From IMG/VR virus record IMGVR_UViG_3300029319_009044, positions 64,001-128,000 of that record: a stretch of 64,000 nt of DNA; one strand, written 5' to 3'. A program made the translations under genes and the position numbers. The notes under the pieces are model-generated. The model was given only the letters and a program-made list of their open reading frames with translations. It was not told where the DNA came from and ran no database searches. Shown piece after piece: positions 29,647 to 39,017 of the stretch. The DNA is from a virus. Position 1 is the stretch's first letter. The number at the start of each line of letters is the position of its first letter.

Positions 29647-29698
29647 TTATAGCTATATTATAGTTACAATATTTTATTTTCAAGACTAAATATTGTAT

Positions 29699-30124
29699 AT
29701 GGCTAAATTGTCACAAAAAGAATTAGTACAGGAAGGCATAACTAGCCTTATTAGTAAGGGTTTAAAGAAGGGTGCCCAGGCAGTAGGTGCTGTAGGTGGT
29801 GCTCTTAAAGCAGTTTCTGATGCTGGTATAGATGCAGGAGTAGGTAATGTTGTAAGAGGAGCAAAAGCTGGTTCGGAAGGAACTAAAAAATTTTTAACAG
29901 GTAAAGATAAAAAGCTTAATGATACTATAGAAGATTTAGGTTACTATAAAGATGAAGATTCTATAGTTAAAGGTAAAGGCGATATAAGGGTTGTAGATGT
30001 AAATGATTTAGATTATGATTCTGAAGGTAAACAAAAAGCAGGTAAAAATAATTACAATCTTATTATTAAGTGGGATAAAGACTCTAAATCATGGTCGTTA
30101 GTTAGAGCTAAAAAAACTTCCTAG
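29699..30124 (+). CDS. Hypothetical late protein
   Basis: CTAAATA-N6-ATG(29699); begins MAKLSQKELVQE, followed by a Gly/Ala-rich helix. Confidence 0.6.
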   Translation: MAKLSQKELVQEGITSLISKGLKKGAQAVGAVGGALKAVSDAGIDAGVGNVVRGAKAGSEGTKKFLTGKDKKLNDTIEDLGYYKDEDSIVKGKGDIRVVDVNDLDYDSEGKQKAGKNNYNLIIKWDKDSKSWSLVRAKKTS

Positions 30125-30204
30125 TAAAAGTTGCAATCGAAAAAATAAGATATAATTATCCGAGATTGGGACGAGGGAGACTACTTTAAATTTCTTCAAG
30201 GTAG

Positions 30205-30232
30205 TTGATTTATTTTTTATTCTTACTATAAT
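30205..30232 (+). promoter_or_regulatory. sigma70-type promoter for queD
   Basis: TTGATT-N16-TATAAT-N6-ATG. Confidence 0.65.
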
Positions 30233-30238
30233 ACCTGT

Positions 30239-30850
30239 ATGACTTATACTTCATCAAAAGTAATTGAACTAGGATCTGCAGCTTTTCGTCAACCTAATGC
30301 TAGTTCACATTGCAAATATTTACATGGATATCAATTAAAAGCAGAGTTAACATTTGGTTGTAAAGAACTAGATGATAATAATTGGGTATACGACTTTGGT
30401 GGTTTAAAAGATCTCAAAACTATTTTCAATAATCAATTTGATCATACTACTGTTATATCAGGTAGTGATCCTGAGTTAGATACATTTAAAGAATTAGCTA
30501 ATAAAGATATTATTCAATTAAGAATTATGGATGGTGGTGTAGGTATTGAAAAATTTGCTGAATGGTGTTTTAAGACTGCAGATACTTTCGTTGATGAAGC
30601 TTCTGAAGGTCGTGTTTGGGTAGAAAATGTTACAGTATATGAGCATAGTAATAATTTTGCTTCTATTGGTAAAAGGCCTAAAGCTTCAACATTATATGTA
30701 AATGAAGAAGGTACCAAAACATATGTAGAAGTTGAAGAAGAAGCAACTGAAGAAACTTCAGCTCATAACCCTCGCGCTGCTAGAGTAGGTTCAGATGTAA
30801 GAGAAGGTAACTTTAGCGATCCCTTTGCAGGTACTTCATGGGGTAATTAA
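30239..30850 (+). CDS. queD: 6-carboxy-5,6,7,8-tetrahydropterin synthase
   Basis: SHCKYLHGY, WVYDFGGLK, FDHT, G.EKFAE, V.EH..N; acidic C-terminal extension. Confidence 0.88.
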   Translation: MTYTSSKVIELGSAAFRQPNASSHCKYLHGYQLKAELTFGCKELDDNNWVYDFGGLKDLKTIFNNQFDHTTVISGSDPELDTFKELANKDIIQLRIMDGGVGIEKFAEWCFKTADTFVDEASEGRVWVENVTVYEHSNNFASIGKRPKASTLYVNEEGTKTYVEVEEEATEETSAHNPRAARVGSDVREGNFSDPFAGTSWGN

Positions 30851-31575
30851 GCACCTAATACTGAGCAAATAAATCTTAGTATTTTACTTCTCGCTATTTC
30901 GGTATTACCAAACTTAAAAGAATATATATTATTTTCAGCACATTTATCTGTATTAAAAGAATTGAATATTTCTTTGTAGCCTGATTTATTAACATCAGCT
31001 TGGTTACAATCACCAATAACTACATATCTAGAATCTCTTCCAAATCTAGTTAATATAGTAGTAAGCTCTTTACGTGATAAATTTTGCGCTTCGTCTACAA
31101 TTACTAAAGATTTATTGAATGTTAAACCTCTTACAAAATTTACTGGTATAGCTTCAATCAAGCCTTGCTTCTTTAAATTGCTACATACACCTGGACCAGC
31201 TATTTCAGATACCTTTTCATCTAAAGGTATAGCATAAGGTGAAAATTTATCATCTATTTCACCAGGTAATGAACCTAAACTCTTCTCTGCTGATTCAGCT
31301 ATGGATCTAATATAGACTAATCTGCTAAAAGATTCATCTCTTATTAATTCTAAACCAGCATATACAGCGATATATGTTTTCATGCTACCTGCTGGACCAT
31401 CTACAAAAGCCATTTTAGTATTTGTATCTTTTAAACAGTTATAAAATTGCTTATGTGCAGGATTAAAATAAAACGGTCGCTTTATTTTAAAGGAGAAAAG
31501 ATGATTATGTTCAAATGCTTCCGCGAGATCTAAATCAGAACTCGCCCGACGTTTACGAACGGTCTTTATACTCAT
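30847..31575 (-). CDS. phoH: PhoH-family ATPase
   Basis: GPAGSMKT, LGSLPG...K, RGLTF, IVDEAQN, TRFG, GD..Q.D. Confidence 0.92.
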   Translation of the reverse strand: MSIKTVRKRRASSDLDLAEAFEHNHLFSFKIKRPFYFNPAHKQFYNCLKDTNTKMAFVDGPAGSMKTYIAVYAGLELIRDESFSRLVYIRSIAESAEKSLGSLPGEIDDKFSPYAIPLDEKVSEIAGPGVCSNLKKQGLIEAIPVNFVRGLTFNKSLVIVDEAQNLSRKELTTILTRFGRDSRYVVIGDCNQADVNKSGYKEIFNSFNTDKCAENNIYSFKFGNTEIARSKILRFICSVLGA

Positions 31576-31591
31576 ATATATTATTATTTAG

Positions 31592-31619
31592 TTGAAAACT
31601 CCCTCTAACCCTATATAAT
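31592..31619 (+). promoter_or_regulatory. sigma70-type promoter for the queE operon
   Basis: TTGAAA-N16-TATAAT-N7-ATG. Confidence 0.65.
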
Positions 31620-31626
31620 TTTATAT

Positions 31627-32385
31627 ATGTCTATAGATTGTGATAAAGAAACGTTACTAGTATCTGATGATAAAGCCTTTTATACTTTAGAGGGTGAAGG
31701 TGAATTTGTGGGTATGCCTTCAGTATTCTTTAGGTTATCGATGTGTAATCTTACATGTAAGGGATTTGCTTCTGAAGATTCACCTCATGGTTGTGATTCT
31801 TATATTTCATGGTCAGTAAAGAATAAAATGACCTTTAATGAGATATTCGAATACTTTGAAAAACATAATCTGGTAGAGAAGTTAAAGAATGGGGCTATTT
31901 TTAAATTAACTGGTGGTGAACCTATGGTACAGCAAAAGCAATTGCTTAAGTTTATTGGTGCATTTATTGAAAAGTATGATTTTCATCCGTTAATTGACTT
32001 TGAAACTAATGCTACTATTAAGCCTGATGAAAAATGGATCGAACTTTATAGAGCTACTTTTACTACTTCACCTAAGTTAACTTCAAATGGTGACCCTGAA
32101 AGTAGAACGTATAAGCCCGAAGTATTAAAATGGCATAAAGAAGTAGGTTCAGGTTTTAAGTTTGTTATTACTACTGATAAAGATATAGAGGAGATTTGGC
32201 AAAAATATGTTGAAGATGATGTAGTACAAGTTCCTAAATCGAGAATTTGGTTTATGCCTTGTAGTGGTAGTAGAGCTGAGCATGTTGAAAAAGCTCCTGC
32301 AGTAGCTGAATATGCTAAAGCTATGAACGTTAATTTTTCACCGAGGCTACATCTACTATTATGGGATATGGCATTAAAGGTTTAA
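31627..32385 (+). CDS. queE: 7-carboxy-7-deazaguanine synthase (radical SAM)
   Basis: FYTLEGEG..G.PSVFFR, CNLTC-x11-CDS, TGGEP, ETN, SPK, KFV, SPRLH. Confidence 0.88.
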   Translation: MSIDCDKETLLVSDDKAFYTLEGEGEFVGMPSVFFRLSMCNLTCKGFASEDSPHGCDSYISWSVKNKMTFNEIFEYFEKHNLVEKLKNGAIFKLTGGEPMVQQKQLLKFIGAFIEKYDFHPLIDFETNATIKPDEKWIELYRATFTTSPKLTSNGDPESRTYKPEVLKWHKEVGSGFKFVITTDKDIEEIWQKYVEDDVVQVPKSRIWFMPCSGSRAEHVEKAPAVAEYAKAMNVNFSPRLHLLLWDMALKV

Positions 32386-32400
32386 TAACCTATATATAAT

Positions 32401-33147
32401 ATGAGAATAGCATTTTCGGGAACGGGTAATAGTGGTAAATCTGAAACTATAAGAAGTTTCTTATATACATGGACACAATATAAACAACCAAAAAAGACTT
32501 ATAGGGATATTTTAAAGGAAGAAAATTTAGATCATTCTACTAAGACTTCAAAAGATACACAAATTAAAATTTTAGAATCTCTTATAGAACAAGTTGAAGG
32601 TTATACGGCAGAAGATTTAGTAGTTCATGATAGATGTCCTTTAGATAATATTGCATATACTATGTGGTGTTATGATAAAAATAAAGAAGACTTTACAAAA
32701 GATTTCGTTGGAGAGCAAATTGCTTTAATGAGAGAATCAATGAGACATTTAGATATTATTTTCTTATGTCGTTTTGACCCTAGTTTATCTAATGAGGATC
32801 CTGGACCAGATATGTTTATCGGTGATAATATTAAAAAAATAGATAAGCAATATATCACCGAAGTAGATAATATTTTTAACTCAATACTAAATCAGTATAT
32901 GCAAAATCCTGAAGCTGATATATTTTTTCCAAAGGGTGATTCGCCTGTGTTAATAGATTTACCTAATAGTGCACAAGAAAGAATAGATTTAATTCAACAA
33001 TATCTTGGTAACGACGGTACTTTAATTGAAGATGAACCATCTATTTTAAGTAATGTTGATGAATTAGAAAAACTTTTGTTACAACAAGAAAATGCTTTAG
33101 GAGCAGAAAAGAAAGAACAAGAATTATATAAGAGATTTGGTATATGA
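32401..33147 (+). CDS. P-loop nucleotide kinase-like protein (AAA_28/NMP-kinase type)
   Basis: GTGNSGKS Walker A; HDRCPLDNIAY. Confidence 0.65.
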   Translation: MRIAFSGTGNSGKSETIRSFLYTWTQYKQPKKTYRDILKEENLDHSTKTSKDTQIKILESLIEQVEGYTAEDLVVHDRCPLDNIAYTMWCYDKNKEDFTKDFVGEQIALMRESMRHLDIIFLCRFDPSLSNEDPGPDMFIGDNIKKIDKQYITEVDNIFNSILNQYMQNPEADIFFPKGDSPVLIDLPNSAQERIDLIQQYLGNDGTLIEDEPSILSNVDELEKLLLQQENALGAEKKEQELYKRFGI

Positions 33148-34730
33148 GTATAGGAGTAGGTATAATTACATGCAATAGACCTGACTTTTTTGGAAAATGT
33201 CACAAGTCAATAAAGAGAGAGTGGTATGATTATTTAGTTGTTGTAAATGATGGTGAGGATGTAGATTATAAAAAAAATGATCAATTCCACCATTATATAA
33301 AAACTAAAGGAGGTGAAGGTGTCGGTAAGGCTAAAAATAAAGCTTTGAGACATTTATTAGGAAAGGAGTGTGATTACATCATATTAGTTGAAGATGATAT
33401 GCTTTTTAAAGGTGATATATTTAAAGAGTATATAAATGCTTATAAAAAAACAGGCATAGAGCATTTTATGTTTGGTTATCACGGTCCTGCTAATAAAGGT
33501 ATGGTAAGTAAAGGTGAGCCAATGCCTCGAAAAATTATAGACTATTATGGGGGATTACAAATAGCTTTGAACGAACATTGTGTTGGTGCAGTTTGTTTTT
33601 ATACTAAAGAAAGTTTAGAGAAGGTTGGTTTATATGATGAATCATACACTAATGCTTTCGAGCATGTAGATCATTCCTTCAAGTTAGCTAAGCAAGGTTA
33701 TACCTTACCATACTGGTGGTGGCCTGATATAGCTAATAGTTTAGATTTTGTAGAAGAACAAGCATGCTCAGAAGAGAGTTCTGCTATAAGACCGAGAAAA
33801 GATTGGCAAAACAATATTAACGATTCGTGGTCTATATTTGAAAATAAGCATGGTATAGGACCTACAGATATTCCAGATACACCTTTTAATCAAGTTGCAG
33901 ATTTTTTAAAAGTTAAAAAACCTAAATCAAATATTTCTTTTATAGTTCATTTTAGAAAAGATACACAACATAGAATGGATAATTTAGATATTGTATACAA
34001 CTATTATAAGTCTATATATCCAAGAAGTGAGTTTATTTTTGTAGAAGATGATTCAGAAGAGAGAATTAAAGATTTAGTTAGACCGGAAGATAAGTATATA
34101 TTCTTTAAAAATGATAGTACTTATAATAAATGTATTGGTTATAACAAAGGATTAAAACAAGCTTCTAATGATATAATATGCTTTTTAGATATAGATTGTT
34201 TAGTTAGTATTGATAGCTTAATTAAGGGAGTTAGTTTAGCTAAAAAGGGAATGATTATAATTGGTTATAATGGAACAGCAATTTACGTAGAGCATCCATT
34301 AAAAGATAAAATTAATAATAATGGTACTGAATTGTTTAAATTTTTATCAAGTTATATTGATGAAGATAATGTTGTAACTGGTTATTATGATAGACAAACT
34401 TACTGTGTTGGTAATACAAATGCCGTAGGTGGCTGTTTAATAGGTAGCAAAGAGACATTTAAAAAGATAAATGGATTTAATCCTAACTTTATAGGGTGGG
34501 GATATGAAGATAATGAAATTATTTCAAGAGCTGGTGCATTAGGAGTACCGGTAGCTAAAGTCGGTAATAATAACCCTAACTGGTTTTTATTCCATCTACC
34601 TCATGAAGAGGGTGGCGTCGCAATAAAAGACAAAGATAAACATGATTATTATCTTCATAATGAAAAAGAAGTTCAAAAAGTTGAAGCAATGAGTCAAGAA
34701 CAATTAAAAGAGTATATTAAGTCATGGTAG
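33144..34730 (+). CDS. Two-domain GT-A glycosyltransferase
   Basis: Domain 1: IITCNRP, VVNDG, VEDD, FEHVD. Domain 2: FLDIDC, GFNPNFIGWGYED, FHLPH. Confidence 0.85.
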   Translation: MSIGVGIITCNRPDFFGKCHKSIKREWYDYLVVVNDGEDVDYKKNDQFHHYIKTKGGEGVGKAKNKALRHLLGKECDYIILVEDDMLFKGDIFKEYINAYKKTGIEHFMFGYHGPANKGMVSKGEPMPRKIIDYYGGLQIALNEHCVGAVCFYTKESLEKVGLYDESYTNAFEHVDHSFKLAKQGYTLPYWWWPDIANSLDFVEEQACSEESSAIRPRKDWQNNINDSWSIFENKHGIGPTDIPDTPFNQVADFLKVKKPKSNISFIVHFRKDTQHRMDNLDIVYNYYKSIYPRSEFIFVEDDSEERIKDLVRPEDKYIFFKNDSTYNKCIGYNKGLKQASNDIICFLDIDCLVSIDSLIKGVSLAKKGMIIIGYNGTAIYVEHPLKDKINNNGTELFKFLSSYIDEDNVVTGYYDRQTYCVGNTNAVGGCLIGSKETFKKINGFNPNFIGWGYEDNEIISRAGALGVPVAKVGNNNPNWFLFHLPHEEGGVAIKDKDKHDYYLHNEKEVQKVEAMSQEQLKEYIKSW

Positions 34731-35542
34731 AGGTAAATATTAGAGATAAAAATTTTGGTGGTGAGCCTTCATCGTGTCATCAAGGTGTTAATAAGTATGT
34801 AAAATGGAACTTTGGTAACAAGCCGGTAAGTGATACTTGCTTTATTACAGACATGTGTTTAGACGACGTGCATAAAGCATCTGGTGTTAAGAGAAAAGTA
34901 GCTTGGTTATTAGAACCACGAGCAATTCATCCACATATCTATCAATGGATAGAGCAAAACAACAAATTATATGATTTTGTTTTAACTTTTGATGAATATC
35001 TTTTATTAAAAGGTCAAAATTATCTTTATTACCCACATGGAAGATGTTGGATTAATCACTATAAAGAAACAAAAAAAGAAAATAAAATATCAACAATAGC
35101 TTCCGGTAAAAATACTACTGAGGGTCATCAATTAAGACATAAAATTATCTCAAAGTATAGAGACGATATTAGTGTGTATGGCCATGGCTACAATCCAGTT
35201 GAGTTTAAAGAAGAATCTTTACTAAAGTATATGTATTCTATAACTATAGAGAACTGCAGACAGCCTGGTTACTGGACAGAAAAAATTGTTGATTGTTTCG
35301 CGAGTAAAAGTATTCCCTTATTTTGGGGAGACGATGCTGTAAACGATTATTTTGATAAAGAAGGTATTATATATTTTGAGAACGAAGAAGAATTAGGTAA
35401 CATAATAAAAGATCTTAAAGAGAATGGTAAAGAAATTTATAATTCAAAGAAAGAAGCTATTGAATATAATTTCAAAAAGGTTGAAGAGTACAGAATCCCG
35501 GAAGATTGGATGTATTTAAATTACCCATTTTTATTTAAATAA
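34724..35542 (+). CDS. GT10 (fucosyltransferase-like) glycosyltransferase
   Basis: LLEP, GHQLRH, YMYSITIEN...YWTEKIVDCF...PLFWG. Confidence 0.8.
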   Translation: MVEVNIRDKNFGGEPSSCHQGVNKYVKWNFGNKPVSDTCFITDMCLDDVHKASGVKRKVAWLLEPRAIHPHIYQWIEQNNKLYDFVLTFDEYLLLKGQNYLYYPHGRCWINHYKETKKENKISTIASGKNTTEGHQLRHKIISKYRDDISVYGHGYNPVEFKEESLLKYMYSITIENCRQPGYWTEKIVDCFASKSIPLFWGDDAVNDYFDKEGIIYFENEEELGNIIKDLKENGKEIYNSKKEAIEYNFKKVEEYRIPEDWMYLNYPFLFK

Positions 35543-36294
35543 TGAATAAAATTTGTATTATAAGGCAGCCAGCAGGATTAGGAGATATTTTACATCTCTT
35601 TAAAGTTGCTGTAAAACTTCTAGAGCAAAATAAGGTGAAAGAAGTTATATGGCCTGTTTATAGCGGCTACAACTATATAGGTGATTATATAAAGCACCCG
35701 GGTATTACATTTATAGATAGTAACGAGGACTACCCATTTAAAGATTTTTTAGAATCTAATGAACCTCGTGAGATTATTAATAATGATGAGCTTATCTATA
35801 TACCTTTTCAGATTGCTGATCAATTAGTTAGAAGTAATAAACCAGGTCCGTTGTACTGTAAATATGAGTTTGTAGGTCTAGACTATACAGATTGGTATAA
35901 GTACCCTAAGATTGAACGTAATTTAGAACGCGAGCAAGAATTAGAAAATTTTTTACAAAAAGAAAATTCATTTGATGTAGAAGATTTTATTTTAGTAAAT
36001 AGATTTTACGGAACAACTCATCAGGAACGACGTGAAGCTAATATACCAAAATTTAATAATGAAATTACTATAAAAGAATATGATTTTGATAGACCTTTTG
36101 ATTGGATAGGGTTAGCTCTTAAAGCTAAAGAGATACATACAGTAGATACTTCATTTTGTTGGTTATTTAGATTATTCAATATTACTAATTTAACTCTATA
36201 TGGTAGAGGAATAAAGACAAATTTTGAGTATTGCAGAGGTTATTGTGATGATAGATGGGAGTTTTGTGGAGATTATTTTGGTCATGTAGATTGA
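35542..36294 (+). CDS. Putative GT-B glycosyltransferase
   Basis: GLGDI N-terminal motif and AKEIHTVDTS (GT9/GT11-like). Confidence 0.55.
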   Translation: MNKICIIRQPAGLGDILHLFKVAVKLLEQNKVKEVIWPVYSGYNYIGDYIKHPGITFIDSNEDYPFKDFLESNEPREIINNDELIYIPFQIADQLVRSNKPGPLYCKYEFVGLDYTDWYKYPKIERNLEREQELENFLQKENSFDVEDFILVNRFYGTTHQERREANIPKFNNEITIKEYDFDRPFDWIGLALKAKEIHTVDTSFCWLFRLFNITNLTLYGRGIKTNFEYCRGYCDDRWEFCGDYFGHVD

Positions 36295-36322
36295 TTTTAT
36301 AAACTTTATACTATAATATTAT

Positions 36323-36679
36323 ATGGTAAATTTACTTGTGGATGAAGCTTTTGCTTTCGACTATATTGCTATTTTAAAGCTTAAAGCTGATAAAGGTTAT
36401 ATAAGTGAAGAAAGTATTGAACAAAACTTTAACCATTTGAGAGACCAAATTGGTAGTGATCTATTTGATACAATTATTAATTCTAATCAATTTAAAAAAT
36501 TATATGATGCTAATAGTGTAACTTTTGATGCTGTGGATGCCGCTAAAGAAGATAAAATGCTAGCTAGTGAAGTAGATAAAACAAATTACTTTAGAATGTT
36601 AGCTAAGACTGAATTGCAAAAACATTTTTTTGAAACTGATTTACAAGAAGTTAAAATCGGTTATGAGAGATTAAAATGA
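36323..36679 (+). CDS. Small helical protein associated with glycosyltransferase clusters
   Basis: FDYIAILKLK resembles the DUF6165-like N-terminus; own TTGATT-N15-TATAAT-N5-ATG promoter. Confidence 0.5.
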   Translation: MVNLLVDEAFAFDYIAILKLKADKGYISEESIEQNFNHLRDQIGSDLFDTIINSNQFKKLYDANSVTFDAVDAAKEDKMLASEVDKTNYFRMLAKTELQKHFFETDLQEVKIGYERLK

Positions 36680-37722
36680 AAAAAAATATTATAGTAACAG
36701 GAGTAACTGGTCAGGATGGTAGCTATATGGTAGAGCATCTTTTAGCTAATACTGATTATAATATATTAGGAGGAGTAAGAAGATTAAGTGTACCTAATTA
36801 TAAAAATATTCAACATATAAAAAATAAAAGATTTAAGCTAATAGATTTAGATCTTTCAGATGTTCATAGTATACACGAGTCTATTACTAAATATGTTCCA
36901 AGTTATTTTATTAATTTTGCCGCACAATCATTTGTAGGAGCTAGCTGGTCATTTCCACAACAAACTTTTGATGTTAATGCAACTGCAGTTTTACATATAC
37001 TAGAGTGTTTAAGAAAACATGCACCTGATTGCAGACTCTATAATGCAGGATCAAGTGAAGAATTTGGAAATATTAAATATGTTCCACAAGATGAAAAACA
37101 CCCATCTGAACCAAGAAATCCTTATGCTGTTTCAAAATGCTCAGCTAGGCAGTTTATAAAGATATATAGAGATTCATTTAATTTATTTGCTATTCAATGT
37201 TGGTTGTTTAATCATGAAAGTCCTAGAAGAGGAATTGAATTCGTTACGCGTAAAATTACTAACGGTGTAGCAAAAATACATTTAGCTTATAAAAATAAAA
37301 AAGCTGTAGAACCTATAACATTAGGTAATTTGAATGCACAGAGAGATTGGACTGATGCTCGTGATTGTGTAAGGCTTATTTGGGATATTCTTAATTTAAG
37401 AAGTCCTAATGAATATGTTATTGGTAGTGGTATATCTTATACCATAAAAGACTTTATTAATCCTTCTTTTGAATCTGTTGGTATTAAAGGTAAGTGGGTA
37501 GGAGAAGGTATAAATGAGAAATATATATATAAAGACGATGTATTAATACAGGTCTCTCCAGAGTTTTATAGGCCGGATGCTATTAATTCGTGGCAAGATA
37601 TACGTACAGCTGATATAAGCAAAGCACAAGCTGATTTAAACTGGAACTTAGATTCAAGTTTAAAGGATTTAGCCTATAGTATGGTAGAGAATGATATTAG
37701 CCTTTTACAAAATCTTGATTAA
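36676..37722 (+). CDS. gmd: GDP-mannose 4,6-dehydratase
   Basis: TGVTGQDGSY, AAQSFV, SSEEFG, PYAVSK, FNHESPRRG.EFVTRKI, LGNL...RDW. Confidence 0.92.
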   Translation: MKKNIIVTGVTGQDGSYMVEHLLANTDYNILGGVRRLSVPNYKNIQHIKNKRFKLIDLDLSDVHSIHESITKYVPSYFINFAAQSFVGASWSFPQQTFDVNATAVLHILECLRKHAPDCRLYNAGSSEEFGNIKYVPQDEKHPSEPRNPYAVSKCSARQFIKIYRDSFNLFAIQCWLFNHESPRRGIEFVTRKITNGVAKIHLAYKNKKAVEPITLGNLNAQRDWTDARDCVRLIWDILNLRSPNEYVIGSGISYTIKDFINPSFESVGIKGKWVGEGINEKYIYKDDVLIQVSPEFYRPDAINSWQDIRTADISKAQADLNWNLDSSLKDLAYSMVENDISLLQNLD

Positions 37723-37748
37723 AAATTTATAGTAGCTAATTAATATAT

Positions 37749-39017
37749 ATGTTAGTACATAAACAAAAATGTCGTGTTTGTGGTAATACAAATCTTAAAG
37801 AGGTTATTGATTTAGGAGAGCAATACTTTCAAGGTTGCTTTGTAAAGGATGGTGTACAACCACCACCTCGAAGACCGATGCCTAATGTTATTGTACGTTG
37901 TTGCCCAGAAAGTTATGAAGATGCTTGCGGATTAGTTCAGACGCTGCACAGTATCGACACAGATTTATTATATTGCAATTATTGGTATGAAAGTGGAATA
38001 AGCCAAACTATGCGCGATCATTTAAAGAGTATAGTTGATACTGCGTTAAATATTACTGGATCTACTTCCGGTAAAGTTTTAGATATTGCTTCAAATGATA
38101 ATACTCTTCTTAGAAACTACCCTAAAGAATTTACAAAGATAGGTATTGATCCATCAAGTATTGCAGCGAGACAAACTGATAAAGATATTGAAGTTATTAA
38201 TACAACCTTTCCTTCTAAACAAGTTAATAATTTAATTGAAGATAATTCTGCTGATATAATTACTTCAATTGCTTGTTATTATGATATTGACGACCCTGTA
38301 CATTTTGCAAAAGAAATAAAAAACCTTCTTTCAGAAAAAGGAATCTGGATTTTTGAAGTAGCGTATTGGAAGTCTTTATTAGATAATTTAGCTTATGATT
38401 CTATAGTAAATGAGCATATAGTACATTACCATTTACAACCATTGCAGAAAATTATGGAGTTAGCAGATCTTAAACTTTTTGATGTGCAAAAAACTCCTAC
38501 AAATGGAGGAGCTATTATGTGTTATGTTACGCATAAAGATAATTTTGAATATGATAATCGTGAAAGAAAGCAAAATATACTTAATTTAAAAATTGAAGAA
38601 TATGAAGCATATTTAGATACAGATAAGCCATATATAGAGTTTAGAAATAAAGTCGAAAAGCATAAAGAAGACCTTACAAAATTAGTAGATGATATTGTTA
38701 ATAGACAAAATAAAACTATTCATATATGCGGTGCTTCAACTAAATTGAACACTATTTTAAATTACTGTGGTATAGGGCCTGAATTAATTCCATATGCTTC
38801 TGAGCGCAGTCCAGAAAAACATGGAGCTGAAACTATAAGTGGTATTAAGCTCATATCTGAAGAAGAGAGTAGAGCTATGAAGCCTGATTATTACTTAGTT
38901 GGGCCCTACCACTTTAAAGATGAAATAATAAAAAGAGAGACTGAATTTATAGAAAACGGTGGAGGTTTTATATTCCCATTACCAGAATTAACAGTAGTAA
39001 CTAAAGATAATATATGA
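37749..39017 (+). CDS. NDP-hexose C-methyltransferase
   Basis: N-terminal CRVCG zinc domain, DIASNDNTLL, GIDP, EH, GASTK.NT.L, PDY C-terminal domain. Confidence 0.85.
   Translation: MLVHKQKCRVCGNTNLKEVIDLGEQYFQGCFVKDGVQPPPRRPMPNVIVRCCPESYEDACGLVQTLHSIDTDLLYCNYWYESGISQTMRDHLKSIVDTALNITGSTSGKVLDIASNDNTLLRNYPKEFTKIGIDPSSIAARQTDKDIEVINTTFPSKQVNNLIEDNSADIITSIACYYDIDDPVHFAKEIKNLLSEKGIWIFEVAYWKSLLDNLAYDSIVNEHIVHYHLQPLQKIMELADLKLFDVQKTPTNGGAIMCYVTHKDNFEYDNRERKQNILNLKIEEYEAYLDTDKPYIEFRNKVEKHKEDLTKLVDDIVNRQNKTIHICGASTKLNTILNYCGIGPELIPYASERSPEKHGAETISGIKLISEEESRAMKPDYYLVGPYHFKDEIIKRETEFIENGGGFIFPLPELTVVTKDNI

Noticed and set aside
30157-30238. preQ1 riboswitch upstream of queD
   Set aside because: It lacks the class I stem-loop consensus and A-rich 3' tail, and the proximal promoter would exclude it from the mRNA.
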